From positions 1-64,000 of the forward strand of contig JBHLLF010000004.1 in NCBI GenBank assembly GCA_048885865.1: DNA of 64,000 bases, read 5' to 3'. The DNA comes from Candidatus Hermodarchaeota archaeon (GTDB taxonomy: Archaea; Asgardarchaeota; Thorarchaeia; Thorarchaeales; Thorarchaeaceae). The notes beneath the pieces are model-generated. The model worked only from the letters and a program-made list of their open reading frames with translations, did not search any database and was not told where the DNA came from. Positions 28,617 through 38,821 of this stretch are shown here, piece after piece. Numbering within the stretch: the first letter of the stretch is position 1; each line of letters opens with the position of its first letter. A program made the position numbers and the translations under genes.

Positions 28617-28721
28617 TAAATATCGCCTCGGAGAACCTGACAAAATTGGTGGTTCGTTCAGCATCTCGCCGGAATTCTCTGCATATGAAGCTTTTCTTAT
28701 GACTGGCTATAGCCAAAAATC

Positions 28722-30311
28722 CTAGCGGTCCTCTGTCACAATGCCCTCGACCAGACCACTACTCAGAACCTTTACCACTTTGACTCGAAGCACCGTTCCA
28801 GGGGAATACCCACCTCTCACTGTCATTAGGGGTCCTTCACTCAATGGATACACCATGGAATATCCACGATGAGTCAAAGAGGGTTCAGCCACTACTCCAC
28901 GGACAACAGCGCCTACATGCTTGTCCTTGCGCGCTCGATTAATTCGAGCCGCCTCCTTTCTAAGTGGCGCGCTGATTGAGTCCTTTGGATGTGGTTCAGG
29001 AAAGTCTGCAAATGCAGATCCAGGCAGAGCCCTAAAGCCATACAGGATTATTCTCTCTGCACCAGCCTTAGCAACTTCTCTCATCAGATTTACAGACGCC
29101 TTCACAGTTTCAGGAGTTTCACCAGGCAGACCATATATCAGATACACAAATGGAGCCATATCATGAGCTTTTGCAATTCTCACTGCGCGTAATACGTCGC
29201 CTGAGCTTCCACATTTTCCAATACTTCTCAGATGCTCATCAGACCCTGACTCAAGGCCAATATTGGGAGAGATGCCTTGCATTGATTCTGATAGGACAGT
29301 TGCAACCTCTTCGGTAAACAAGCAGGCCTTCATGTTCTCAATTGATAGATGTACGTTACCTTCCGCGACTTCCGGTAATGATACCAGTCTAAGAAGCAAC
29401 CGACTTATGGCCTCGCTGTTAGCTGGTGGACTACAGGGATCAGTTAAACCATCTTGACCTCGATGATAGTCTAGGAAGTCAGGGGCTTCCAAGACGACTC
29501 GGTGCACTCCTAGTTCTATAAGCTCGGAAACATCACGCACAATTGCTTCTTCTGAACGACTTCTTGGTGGCCCCCAAGTGCCGGGCACACTGCAGAATCC
29601 ACATCCAGGAGGAATGCTCTCGGGGCAGTCGAGTCTCGCTTCCAAGTCAGGCGAGTCACAGTTGCTGCAATCGGTGCATTCTTGACCGCTGGGAAGTGCG
29701 ATTGTCGTTCGTCTGAAATTGGAACAGCCTCTTACAGTTTCTACATAAACCCGAGCAGCCTGATATGCATCATAGTCGACAATTCTTGTTGAAGAAGGCA
29801 CAAATACCGAAGACAGCTCTTCGGGGGTGAGAAATCTCCTTGATGGAGTAATCTTGGGGGACCTCTTATCGAGGAATGCGACTCCTTGAACAACAGAACA
29901 ATCAACATGTTCCTCAAGAAATCCGATGCTAACGAGCTCGTCCAGAGTGGCTTCTCCCTCTCCCAAGACCAGTATATCGGGTTTAACATCCTTCAGGGTT
30001 GTAACTGGCTTGGCTGTCACTGGGCCTCCTAAAAGTAGCCTCCCCTTTGGATTCATTCGTTTCCATTTCCCAGCTACCTTCCTAACAACTGGCAGGTCCA
30101 TAGTCATGGCACTAATAGCAATGTGATCGAAACTTCTCATTTGTCTGGGATTCGAAAGTACGCTCTCTACTCTTGCAATGCGGCACGGAATCTCACGCCG
30201 CTCAAATACGCCTGCCACTGAACGTGGGCCGCAACCAATGGAGTCTCGTGAGCTGGTTCGGCGTCCCGTTCCAGCGCTCAGTGCATCTACAATTAAGACT
30301 CCACTCTGCAT
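28722..30311 (-). CDS. B12-binding-like / radical SAM / TRAM-like protein
   Basis: GGP, GEGE, ETVRGC...GCGFC, GLESGS, YGLPGET; C-terminal beta domain. Confidence 0.85.
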   Translation of the reverse strand: MQSGVLIVDALSAGTGRRTSSRDSIGCGPRSVAGVFERREIPCRIARVESVLSNPRQMRSFDHIAISAMTMDLPVVRKVAGKWKRMNPKGRLLLGGPVTAKPVTTLKDVKPDILVLGEGEATLDELVSIGFLEEHVDCSVVQGVAFLDKRSPKITPSRRFLTPEELSSVFVPSSTRIVDYDAYQAARVYVETVRGCSNFRRTTIALPSGQECTDCSNCDSPDLEARLDCPESIPPGCGFCSVPGTWGPPRSRSEEAIVRDVSELIELGVHRVVLEAPDFLDYHRGQDGLTDPCSPPANSEAISRLLLRLVSLPEVAEGNVHLSIENMKACLFTEEVATVLSESMQGISPNIGLESGSDEHLRSIGKCGSSGDVLRAVRIAKAHDMAPFVYLIYGLPGETPETVKASVNLMREVAKAGAERIILYGFRALPGSAFADFPEPHPKDSISAPLRKEAARINRARKDKHVGAVVRGVVAEPSLTHRGYSMVYPLSEGPLMTVRGGYSPGTVLRVKVVKVLSSGLVEGIVTEDR

Positions 30312-30451
30312 AGCTGAAATCGATATATTGAAGGTTCTTTACTCTTACCAATAACACCTATTCTCGCTCTAATTGATGTTCACCTTCATAGAACTTATAT
30401 GTGTGAAAATAGCCATCTTTGTAAAACCAACTTTCAGGAGTATACTACTGC

Positions 30452-30793
30452 GTGAGCGATGAAGGTGGAATATGCCCAAATTGCGGATTGCCAGTTGACC
30501 TGTGTGTCTGTGAGACCATAGCTCAGGAAGAAGCCCGCATTACTGTGACTGTTGAACGAAGAAAATGGGGTCGTCTTACGACCGTGATTGAAGGTTTTGA
30601 CAAGAATATTGATCTTGGAGACCTCGCTACAAAACTTAAAGGCAAGCTAGCCTGCGGTGGAGCTGCAAAACATGGCCATGTTGAATTGCAGGGAGACCAC
30701 AGGGGCATCATCACTGATGTCTTGGCCAAGCTAGGTTTCCCTGAAGAGATGGTTCAGGTTGACTGGTCATTCACAGGTGGAGGACGGCGCTAG
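30452..30793 (+). CDS. sui1: Translation initiation factor aIF1 (SUI1)
   Basis: CPNCGLP.DLCVC, LK.KLACGG, ELQGDHR. Confidence 0.95.
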   Translation: MSDEGGICPNCGLPVDLCVCETIAQEEARITVTVERRKWGRLTTVIEGFDKNIDLGDLATKLKGKLACGGAAKHGHVELQGDHRGIITDVLAKLGFPEEMVQVDWSFTGGGRR

Positions 30794-30800
30794 TTCTCTA

Positions 30801-30825
30801 GCCCAGGTCTGACCTAGACTTGGGT
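30801..30825. terminator. Hairpin between convergent sui1 and tfb
   Basis: GCCCAGGTCT-GACCT-AGACTTGGGT, 10-bp stem. Confidence 0.45.
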
Positions 30826-30855
30826 GAGCCACAGAATTACTGATACTAGTTGGAA

Positions 30856-31824
30856 TTAGCCTAGAGCCATAGAGTCGATTCCTAGCTTGCGGACAATCTC
30901 TTTGTACCTATTCCTAACGGTCACTTCAGTAACCCTAGCAACCTCAGCAATCTCTCTCTGGGTTCTCCTTTCATCAAGCATGATTGAAGCCACATAGATT
31001 GCAGCTGCAGCGAGACCCAATGGGTCGCGTCCGATGGTCAGTCCTATGTCCCTACTCCGCTGAAGGATCTCAACAGTCCTCAACTGAACGGGGCTCGAGA
31101 GTGACAATTGAGAAGCAAAGCGGGAGATATAGTCGATTGGACTACTAAGGGGAATCTTGATGGCAAGACTTCTTAGAAGAAGGCGGTAGCACTGCCCCAG
31201 TTTCTTCTTGTCCACACGTGAAGCGTCAGCTACCTCATCGAGCGGTCTTGGCTTTTTCCGTATCCTACAAGCTGCATAGAGTGTTGCAGCTACCATGGCC
31301 TCGATGGATCGTCCTCTCACTAGTTTCTTGATTATGGACTTCCTGTACAAGAGAGCAGCTAGTTCGCGAATTGGTTTTGGGATGCCTAGTTGAGATGCAA
31401 GTCGTTCGAGTTCCGACATAGCTTGTGCCAGATTCCGATCCATTGAGCTATGAACACGGGACCTGATCTGCCACTTCCTTAGGCGGTAAATCTCAGAGCG
31501 TCGAGTAGGACTCAGCTTTCGCCCTGAGGTGTCGCGATCCCTCCAATCAATAACCGTTGAGAGACCTTTGTCATGTACGGTGTACCTCAGAGGCGCACCA
31601 ACCCTACTTCGGGCATCGGCCTCTTCAGAGCTAAATGCCCTCCATTCCGCACCTGTATCGATTCTATGGTCAGATAGAACTAACCCGCATCCTCCACAGA
31701 CACGTTCGCCCCGAGTGATGTCCTCTACGACTCCTGTTGAGCCGCACTCTGGACATGTCTGACTTTCAGGCTCACTCCTACTAAGACTAGCCCTCTCTTG
31801 AGCATCGCCACGCGCTCGATCCAA
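30856..31824 (-). CDS. tfb: Transcription initiation factor IIB, paralog 2
   Basis: CPECG...CGGCG, EWRAF, HDKGLST, RLRKWQ, VTEVTVRNRYKE. Confidence 0.97.
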   Translation of the reverse strand: MDRARGDAQERASLSRSEPESQTCPECGSTGVVEDITRGERVCGGCGLVLSDHRIDTGAEWRAFSSEEADARSRVGAPLRYTVHDKGLSTVIDWRDRDTSGRKLSPTRRSEIYRLRKWQIRSRVHSSMDRNLAQAMSELERLASQLGIPKPIRELAALLYRKSIIKKLVRGRSIEAMVAATLYAACRIRKKPRPLDEVADASRVDKKKLGQCYRLLLRSLAIKIPLSSPIDYISRFASQLSLSSPVQLRTVEILQRSRDIGLTIGRDPLGLAAAAIYVASIMLDERRTQREIAEVARVTEVTVRNRYKEIVRKLGIDSMALG

Positions 31825-32012
31825 TGCTGCTCCTCCGTCTCAATCAGGATGGATAAGAGCCTGCCAGAATTCATAGCAAAATCACTGCAGTAGAAGACAG
31901 TCTCCCGGGACCACCTCTTATCCAGATGGAAAAAAGGACTTTTAATTGTATGGAAATTTGGACGGTCGGATTCTGATTCGCTCCTAGCGGCAGAAAACAT
32001 CAGACCATGGTG

Positions 32013-32954
32013 CTAGGTCGTCCGTTCAACACCATTCTCAGTTACTATGACAGTGTGCTCAGCCTGAGATACGAGTTCACCCTCTTCTTCCGTCAGAATG
32101 TGATGAGCGATCAAAGCCCCATTCTTCTGAAGTTCTCTTATACCAAGCTCCAGGTCCGCCTTTCGAAGTCTTTCCGCCATCCACCTCTTGGCAAAGGGGA
32201 ATTCCTTGAACTCCTTGCGAGCAATGCCCAGAAACCTCTTTGTCCCCTTGAATCTCACAGGGACTCTAATTGGCAGCATTTGGAAAATCAGTGGCTCTGG
32301 TAGATCTGTGACATTCCCTGAGCCGGTGCTAGCAAAGGTTTCAATGGCATAGACCTCACCTTCCTCCACCAACACTTCTGACTTGCCTGATACACATGGA
32401 ACTTGCTTCTCCCCATGCAGTTCATACTCATTCAATTGATGACCTGAGAGCTGTTTGATCGGCTCAAAACCGGCACTCTTGATAGTATCTTCAATCAACG
32501 CCCCGATGGTATTCAGTTTAGCTCCTGGTCGCATCATTCGGATAGCCACTTTGGTGGCTTCCTCAGATGCCTTCACTATGCTTTGGTGTTCTGGATTGAG
32601 AGCAATTGTGAACGCACTGTCAGATATACATCCATCGACGTGGGCTCCACAGTCCACGGTCACAAGATCGCCCTCAGCAATAACTGTTTCATCATTTAAA
32701 GGAGAGGTATAATGTGCAGCGATGTTATTGATGGCAACGTTGCACGGGAAGGAGATACCTGTGGCCTTCTCTCGAATATGACTCTCAACCGCTTCTACAA
32801 TGTCAAGGACCTTTGTCCCGGGCTTTACCATTGGACGAGCAATATCAAGAGCTTCGCGAGCAACCACTCCTGCTTGTCTCCATTTAGCCCATGCATCCTC
32901 TGACTCTTCTTCCTCCTCGATTTTTTCCTCTTTTTCCTCGGGCAATCTACTCAC
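32013..32954 (-). CDS. map: Methionine aminopeptidase type II
   Basis: FPCN...N.IAAHY, DCGAHVDG..SDSA, GH, AIETFA, QAEHT; start probably at 32954 or 32945. Confidence 0.95.
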   Translation of the reverse strand: MSRLPEEKEEKIEEEEESEDAWAKWRQAGVVAREALDIARPMVKPGTKVLDIVEAVESHIREKATGISFPCNVAINNIAAHYTSPLNDETVIAEGDLVTVDCGAHVDGCISDSAFTIALNPEHQSIVKASEEATKVAIRMMRPGAKLNTIGALIEDTIKSAGFEPIKQLSGHQLNEYELHGEKQVPCVSGKSEVLVEEGEVYAIETFASTGSGNVTDLPEPLIFQMLPIRVPVRFKGTKRFLGIARKEFKEFPFAKRWMAERLRKADLELGIRELQKNGALIAHHILTEEEGELVSQAEHTVIVTENGVERTT

Positions 32955-33006
32955 TCGCACTTCCAGATGCCAATGCTGACAAATAAAAGAGTGACGGAAT
33001 GAAGCC

Positions 33007-33405
33007 CTATCCGCCAAGAATATTCGCAATGCGTTTAGAGTGCCTTGCCATCATGAAGAACATATAGCCGACATTTGCACCTTTGGTTGTGAGGACTGCA
33101 AGTATCGCATCCTCTCCTGCATCGCAAACAATGACATACCCGGACTCACCCTCAATGAGCATCCTAACAAAAGGGCCCCGTTTGAGCTGCTTGAATACCT
33201 TGATGGTTTGTGATTCGATCTGTATGGCCCTGCCTGCGATAACATCCTCTTCAGGAACCATGGCCGAATCATCTGTAGGAGGAAAATGAGAGCAGATTGG
33301 TAGTCCTTGAGAACGGGAGATTATGACGCTGGCTTGGACATTACCTTGGGAGGCACGACTTAGGTCTTCAAGAAGTTCAGTAAGCATTTCAGTCTTTGAG
33401 GACAC
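33007..33405 (-). CDS. Roadblock/LC7 domain protein
   Basis: ASVIIS...GLPI, L.RG....M.IEG..GYV, AILAVL. Confidence 0.88.
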   Translation of the reverse strand: MSSKTEMLTELLEDLSRASQGNVQASVIISRSQGLPICSHFPPTDDSAMVPEEDVIAGRAIQIESQTIKVFKQLKRGPFVRMLIEGESGYVIVCDAGEDAILAVLTTKGANVGYMFFMMARHSKRIANILGG

Positions 33406-33480
33406 GGTGCTGGACCTCCCTTGGGGTACTCTTCGACAAAAAACCCTTCGGAGTATTTAAACTTAGGGCGAATCTCTATC

Positions 33481-34254
33481 CTATAGCTTCTTGGCACCTG
33501 CTTCCTTCAGTGCCTTCACTATCTTCTTCAAACCAGCTCCTTTGTCATCCTGAGCATATTTCTCTAGATATGTTCCCTGAACCACAATGGATGCTCCAGC
33601 TTCGACAGCCTTAACGACTGACTCAGCATCATTGAAACCACCACCTGTGATTATGGGGATGTCACAATACTGTGCCACTGTGGCAATGGTCTGGGTGGGA
33701 ACTCCACCGCCCTCAGCGCCACTTCCAGCCTCAAGGTATACCAGCTTGAAACCAAGTAGCTCAGCAGCAAGAGCATACATCAAGACAAGTTTTGGTTTGT
33801 CCCGGGGAAAGCATTTGGCTTCGCCAACCCATGCTGCAGTCTTGCCTGGTTCAATCAAGAGGTATGCCATCGGAATTGGTTCAATATCTGAGAACTTGAT
33901 ACGTGGTGCTGCAAGAGCTTGGGCGCCAATTAGATAGTAAGGATTCGTGCTGTTTAGAAGACTCATGAAGAACATTGCATCTGCATACTCGCTGATACCA
34001 GTAATGTTACCGGGAAATAGAATTGTGGGTATATCGACTGAGTCAGTGATAGCTTTAACGGACTCATCAATATCACCAAATATTGTACTGCCACCGATCA
34101 TTATGGCATCAGAACCAGAACTCTCTGCAATCTTTGCAAGCTTAACAACTGTTTCATTATTCATTGCCAGAGGGTCTGGGTCAAGCAGGGAGAAATGACA
34201 AGCACCTTCTGTTTCCAGCTTATCCGTGATGTATTTCCATACCTTACCAGGCAT
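33481..34254 (-). CDS. Geranylgeranylglyceryl phosphate synthase
   Basis: LLDPD, IMIGGS, ILFPG, MSLLNS, YLEAGSGA, GGG. Confidence 0.95.
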   Translation of the reverse strand: MPGKVWKYITDKLETEGACHFSLLDPDPLAMNNETVVKLAKIAESSGSDAIMIGGSTIFGDIDESVKAITDSVDIPTILFPGNITGISEYADAMFFMSLLNSTNPYYLIGAQALAAPRIKFSDIEPIPMAYLLIEPGKTAAWVGEAKCFPRDKPKLVLMYALAAELLGFKLVYLEAGSGAEGGGVPTQTIATVAQYCDIPIITGGGFNDAESVVKAVEAGASIVVQGTYLEKYAQDDKGAGLKKIVKALKEAGAKKL

Positions 34255-34328
34255 GTGGCTACCTCCTTGAAACAAAACCTCGACATTGAGCCCTGCTTTT
34301 TACGGTTTTGGTGTCCCAGCTCGCCTCA

Positions 34329-34652
34329 TTATTCCTTCTCGTCAAGACCATGCCGTATCCAGTCTAAAGGCATTCTGATAGCCAGCCGTGGCCCTGAGAA
34401 TCGCATCACTTGACGAATCTGCTCTCGCATCGATGGCTTATAGCAATGAACAGTGCACTTTCTGCAGGTCGGCTTATCTTCGCCGAACTGACAGTGGTCT
34501 AATCTATGCATTGAGTAGTCAAGAAGATCGTTACAAGCCTCACAGAGATTACCTCCTTTAATGCTGTGCTTTCGTTCACAATGGAATCTGATCATCTTCT
34601 CCACTGTGCGTTTCTCTCTAACTATTCTTGGGCCATCAGCGCTCTCTGTCAT
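34329..34652 (-). CDS. YgbA / nitrous-oxide-stimulated promoter family protein
   Basis: REKRT..MI..C...H, KPTC.KC.VHCY...MR..IR.VMRFSGPR. Confidence 0.9.
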   Translation of the reverse strand: MTESADGPRIVREKRTVEKMIRFHCERKHSIKGGNLCEACNDLLDYSMHRLDHCQFGEDKPTCRKCTVHCYKPSMREQIRQVMRFSGPRLAIRMPLDWIRHGLDEKE

Positions 34653-34869
34653 GTCGAAGTCATTCCTCGTGCCAAATGTACAGGCTTATCATGTCTTGGG
34701 TGCAGGACATGGGGTTGATACTTGATTCTAATCGCTAACTGCGTTTGCTTCTGAACTATATTGAATGAAATTGTCTACAATTCTCAAACTTTATTTAGCT
34801 CACACTTGTCCAGACTAGAAACAGGCGCGAGAACAGAATTGTCTCAATGCGGGACAAGGGAGTGGCTTA

Positions 34870-37413
34870 ATGACCACAAGCGATCCAAAACCACAAGCTG
34901 AAACAGCTGACGAACCGACTGTCATTTCCGGAGACGGAGAGGTAAGGATAGGAGTGTTCCCCTGTGCGTGTGGGAAGAATATCGGAGCCGTTGTCGACAT
35001 AGATGAGGTTGCCAAGTACGCAGAGACTCTGCCAAATGTGGTCTTTGTCCAGACCAATAGATACACTTGTGCGGATCCCGGACAGAACGAGATTCAGCAG
35101 GCCATAAAGGAACATGGACTAAATAGAGTGGTCGTGGCCTCTTGCTCCCCAACTATGCATGAGGACACGTTTCGGAAGACTGTCAAAGCTGCAGGATTGA
35201 ATCCCTATCTCTGTATAATGGCGAATATCCGCGAACATGTTTCATGGGTCCATATGCATGAGCCAGAACAGGCCACTCTGAAAGCTAAGGAGCTCGTGGC
35301 CATGTCTGTGGCGAAGGCAAGAACTTTGGAGGCCCAACCAGAACTTGACGTTCCAGTCACACAAGCTGCAATGATTGTAGGAGCTGGAGTTGCAGGTATG
35401 CAAGCTGCACTAGACCTGGCTGAGTCAGGCTTCAAAGTCTACTTAATCGAGAGGGAGCCTACCATCGGGGGCATAATGGCGATTCTGGACAAGGTCTTCC
35501 CTCAGAACGACTGTTCCATTTGCATTCTGGGACCCAAGATGGTTGATGTGGCAAAGCATCCGAACATCAATCTCATTACAATGGCGGAGGTTGATGAGAT
35601 CTCGGGGTATGTTGGCAATTTCAATGTACGAGTGAAGCAGAGGGCTAGATACGTGGATCCCGACAAGTGCACATCATGTGGCGATTGTGTCGAGGTCTGC
35701 CCTGTAGATGTACCTAGTCGAACAGATCAGAATCTCACATGGAACAAGGCCATAGGCATACCATTCCCCCAAGCAGTCCCCTCATCCTACTTCATCAACC
35801 CTGATGCATGTCTCGGAATGGACCTCATTCGTTGTGGAAAATGTATAGACAGGTGTGAACAGGAGGCAATAGTTCCCTCTGATAGAGACAAGATCATTGA
35901 GTTTGAGGTGGGAGTAATCATATTAGCAACAGGATTTTCTCCTGCCGATCCAAATAAGATTCCACGTTTAGGATGGGGAAGATATCCCAATGTCATCACC
36001 TCTTTAGAGTTCGAAAGACTGATCAACGCAGCTGGGCCAACTGAGGGACACCTAGTAAGGCCATCAGATGTTTCAAAGCCTAAGTCAGTCGCAATTGCTC
36101 AATGTGTCGGTTCACGCAGCATATCCACTAGAACAGGCTGCTCCAACTACTGTTGTGCGGAATCAGTGAAGTGCTCCTTGCTCATCAAAGAACATTATCC
36201 AGACACTGAGGTCACAATATACTATCAAGATCTCCGAATGCATGGCAAGTATTTCGAGGACCAATATCTCAAAGCGAGAGAAGAGGGTGTCAAGTTCATA
36301 CGAGGACGTGTTGGAGAAATCCAACAGTACCCCGACACCAAGAATCTGAGAGTTGCAGTTGAGGACACGACACACAACAAGTTGCTCATGGTCGACTATG
36401 ACATGGTCATTCTGTCGATGGGCGCAGAAGGTACCGCTGGAGATTTCCCATTACCGATATCTTGCACTGAAGACTCCTTTTACATCGAATCCCATCCCAA
36501 ACTGCGACCCGTTGATACTAGCTCGGCTGGAATCTTCATATGCGGCGGTGCAGAGTCACCAAAAGACATCAGGGACTCAGTGATTCAAGCTAGTGCCGCA
36601 GCAGGACGTGCCTCAATTATACTGCAGAAGGGACGGTACCCCATTGAGGCGCTAAGCGCAAAGATTCTGCAGGACAAGTGTTCTAGGTGTGGCACATGTG
36701 TGAAGAGGTGTCCATATGGGGCTATTGTGGTAGATGGTGCAGGAAAGCACACGGTAGTAGGCGCTCTATGTCAGGCATGTGGCACCTGTGCAGGTGACTG
36801 TCCACAGGACGCCATCTACATGCCCAACTTCACAAATGAGCAATTGCATGCCCAAATAGAGATGGCACTTAAGGAGAATCCTTCGGACAAGATAGTCGCC
36901 TTTGCATGTACCTATTGCTCCTACCGCGGCTCAGACCTAGCTGGTGTTTCACGAATGCAGTATCCCACTAATGCAAGAGTGATACGTGCAATCTGCTCTG
37001 GCCGATACCACGTTCAATTTGCTCAAAAGGCATTCGAGCTTGGAGCTGGAGCAGTCTTGTACTCTGGTTGCCATTTGCCTGCAGACTGCCATTTCCAGAC
37101 AGGAAACCATTGGATGGCAAAGCGTGAACCAAGAATCCGCAGATGGATGGAACGAAACGGAATCTCAGATGAACGCTTCAGAGTAGACTGGGTTTCGGCG
37201 AGTGAGGGGAAGAAGTGGCAAGGCATAATGCAAGATATGACAGATGTTGTTGAGAGGCACAATAAGGCAAGACCAGCACCAGAACCAAAGAGCAAACCAA
37301 AAGTAAAGCCAAAGACTTCGGCAACGAAGAAGACCAAGAAGAAAGCGCCTTCAAAGCCAAAGACGGCAACGAAGAAAGCAGCCAAACCAAAGAAAAAGCA
37401 GTCCAAAAAGTAG
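34870..37413 (+). CDS. hdrA: Heterodisulfide reductase subunit A fused to MvhD, with Lys-rich tail
   Basis: VASCSP..HE.TF, ANIREH.SWVH, GAGVAG, DKVFP.NDCSICI, QCVGSR, CSNYCC, HPKLRPVD, ferredoxin motifs; MvhD part FAC.YCSY..SD.AG, CSGR, GCH...CHF. Confidence 0.95.
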   Translation: MTTSDPKPQAETADEPTVISGDGEVRIGVFPCACGKNIGAVVDIDEVAKYAETLPNVVFVQTNRYTCADPGQNEIQQAIKEHGLNRVVVASCSPTMHEDTFRKTVKAAGLNPYLCIMANIREHVSWVHMHEPEQATLKAKELVAMSVAKARTLEAQPELDVPVTQAAMIVGAGVAGMQAALDLAESGFKVYLIEREPTIGGIMAILDKVFPQNDCSICILGPKMVDVAKHPNINLITMAEVDEISGYVGNFNVRVKQRARYVDPDKCTSCGDCVEVCPVDVPSRTDQNLTWNKAIGIPFPQAVPSSYFINPDACLGMDLIRCGKCIDRCEQEAIVPSDRDKIIEFEVGVIILATGFSPADPNKIPRLGWGRYPNVITSLEFERLINAAGPTEGHLVRPSDVSKPKSVAIAQCVGSRSISTRTGCSNYCCAESVKCSLLIKEHYPDTEVTIYYQDLRMHGKYFEDQYLKAREEGVKFIRGRVGEIQQYPDTKNLRVAVEDTTHNKLLMVDYDMVILSMGAEGTAGDFPLPISCTEDSFYIESHPKLRPVDTSSAGIFICGGAESPKDIRDSVIQASAAAGRASIILQKGRYPIEALSAKILQDKCSRCGTCVKRCPYGAIVVDGAGKHTVVGALCQACGTCAGDCPQDAIYMPNFTNEQLHAQIEMALKENPSDKIVAFACTYCSYRGSDLAGVSRMQYPTNARVIRAICSGRYHVQFAQKAFELGAGAVLYSGCHLPADCHFQTGNHWMAKREPRIRRWMERNGISDERFRVDWVSASEGKKWQGIMQDMTDVVERHNKARPAPEPKSKPKVKPKTSATKKTKKKAPSKPKTATKKAAKPKKKQSKK

Positions 37414-37421
37414 GTGGAACG

Positions 37422-37913
37422 ATGACAGACGAAGCACAGAAACGCATCGAATATCTCAGGGAGGCTGCAAAGCCGTGTTTTCAATGCGGTATATGTTCCT
37501 CATCCTGTCCAGTATTCAGGGTGGCACCAGGAGTTAATCCGAGACTAGCTGTTGATGCAGTGGTATCAACCGGAGAGCTGACGGAGGAAGGCAATGAGTG
37601 GCTTTGTGCATATTGCCTCATGTGTGAACAAAGATGCCCAATGGGGGTTTCTCTAGCAGACATTCTGATTGAACTTAAGAACCTGTCAGCTGCCGAGGGC
37701 AAGGCACCCATGAGTATTGTACAGGCGGTGGAGTCTTTCTTCACTATCGGAGCGATAGCACCGGGTACTTCCGGAGTAGATAGAAAGCGAAGTAAACTTG
37801 GACTTCCAGAGATTCCAAAGCCAGATCCAGAACAGATCAAGACTCTGTTCGCGGGGACAGGAGCAATGGAGATATTGGAGAAGAATCTAGAAAAGGAGAC
37901 CGTAGCTGAATGA
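37422..37913 (+). CDS. hdrC: Heterodisulfide reductase subunit C
   Basis: CFQCGICSSSCP; WLCAYCLMCEQRCP. Confidence 0.92.
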   Translation: MTDEAQKRIEYLREAAKPCFQCGICSSSCPVFRVAPGVNPRLAVDAVVSTGELTEEGNEWLCAYCLMCEQRCPMGVSLADILIELKNLSAAEGKAPMSIVQAVESFFTIGAIAPGTSGVDRKRSKLGLPEIPKPDPEQIKTLFAGTGAMEILEKNLEKETVAE

Positions 37914-38821
37914 AGTACGCGTTCTTCGTCGGATGCACTATGGCCTATCGACTTCCTTTTGCTGAGAAGTCCATCCGAATGGTTGCTCCCCATTTCGATA
38001 TCGAGCTTGTGGACCTACCATTCACGTGCTGTCCAGAGCCCAATGGAGTACGATCCTTCTCAGATGAAACCTGGTTAGTCTTTGCAGCAAGGAACATTGC
38101 TCTAGCCGAAGCACACGGTCTCGATATCCTTACAGCTTGCGCAGGGTGCCACGAGTCATTGACCATGGCAAAACATGAGATGGATACCAAAGCAAATCGG
38201 AAAGAACTCGCAAACGAGCATCTGGCTGCGGTTGGGATGGAATATAAGGGCACTTCATCAATTGTTCATCTTCACCAGCTTCTCCATGATGAAATTGGCC
38301 CTGAAGAGATTGGCAAGAAGGTCGTAAAACCTGTGAACATGAGTGTGGTCACACACTCAGGATGTCACCTCCTAAGGCCCTCAGAGATACTGCAGGTCGA
38401 TTCACCAGAGGCACCAGTCAAGCTCGACAAACTGGTTGAAACTCTTGGAATGGAGCCGCTGGAGTATATGGACAAAACAATGTGCTGTGGAGCAGGCATA
38501 CGAGGGCAAGCCTCAGACACATCGTTCTCTGTTCTAAAGGAAAAGATGGATAGTATGATGATGGTCAATCCTGATGCTGCAGTTGTCTTCTGTCCAACAT
38601 GCTTCATATCCTTTGAATCTGGACAGCGTATTGTCAACAGGACATATGGAACTGACTTCAAGTTACCAGTCTATTACTACACGGAGCTTCTTGCAGTGGC
38701 TCTAGACCTTCCTGATGTCGAGGAGGTACTATCGGGACATCGAGTGAAGCCTTCCTTCCCTCTTGTCATTGAGAGTTCCAACGACCGGCAGTTGGAGTCG
38801 GAGAGTCCTCCTTCTCAATGA
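37910..38821 (+). CDS. hdrB: Heterodisulfide reductase subunit B
   Basis: F.GC, TCCP, ARNIALAE, HSGCHLLRP, CCGAG, CPTC. Confidence 0.93.
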   Translation: MKYAFFVGCTMAYRLPFAEKSIRMVAPHFDIELVDLPFTCCPEPNGVRSFSDETWLVFAARNIALAEAHGLDILTACAGCHESLTMAKHEMDTKANRKELANEHLAAVGMEYKGTSSIVHLHQLLHDEIGPEEIGKKVVKPVNMSVVTHSGCHLLRPSEILQVDSPEAPVKLDKLVETLGMEPLEYMDKTMCCGAGIRGQASDTSFSVLKEKMDSMMMVNPDAAVVFCPTCFISFESGQRIVNRTYGTDFKLPVYYYTELLAVALDLPDVEEVLSGHRVKPSFPLVIESSNDRQLESESPPSQ

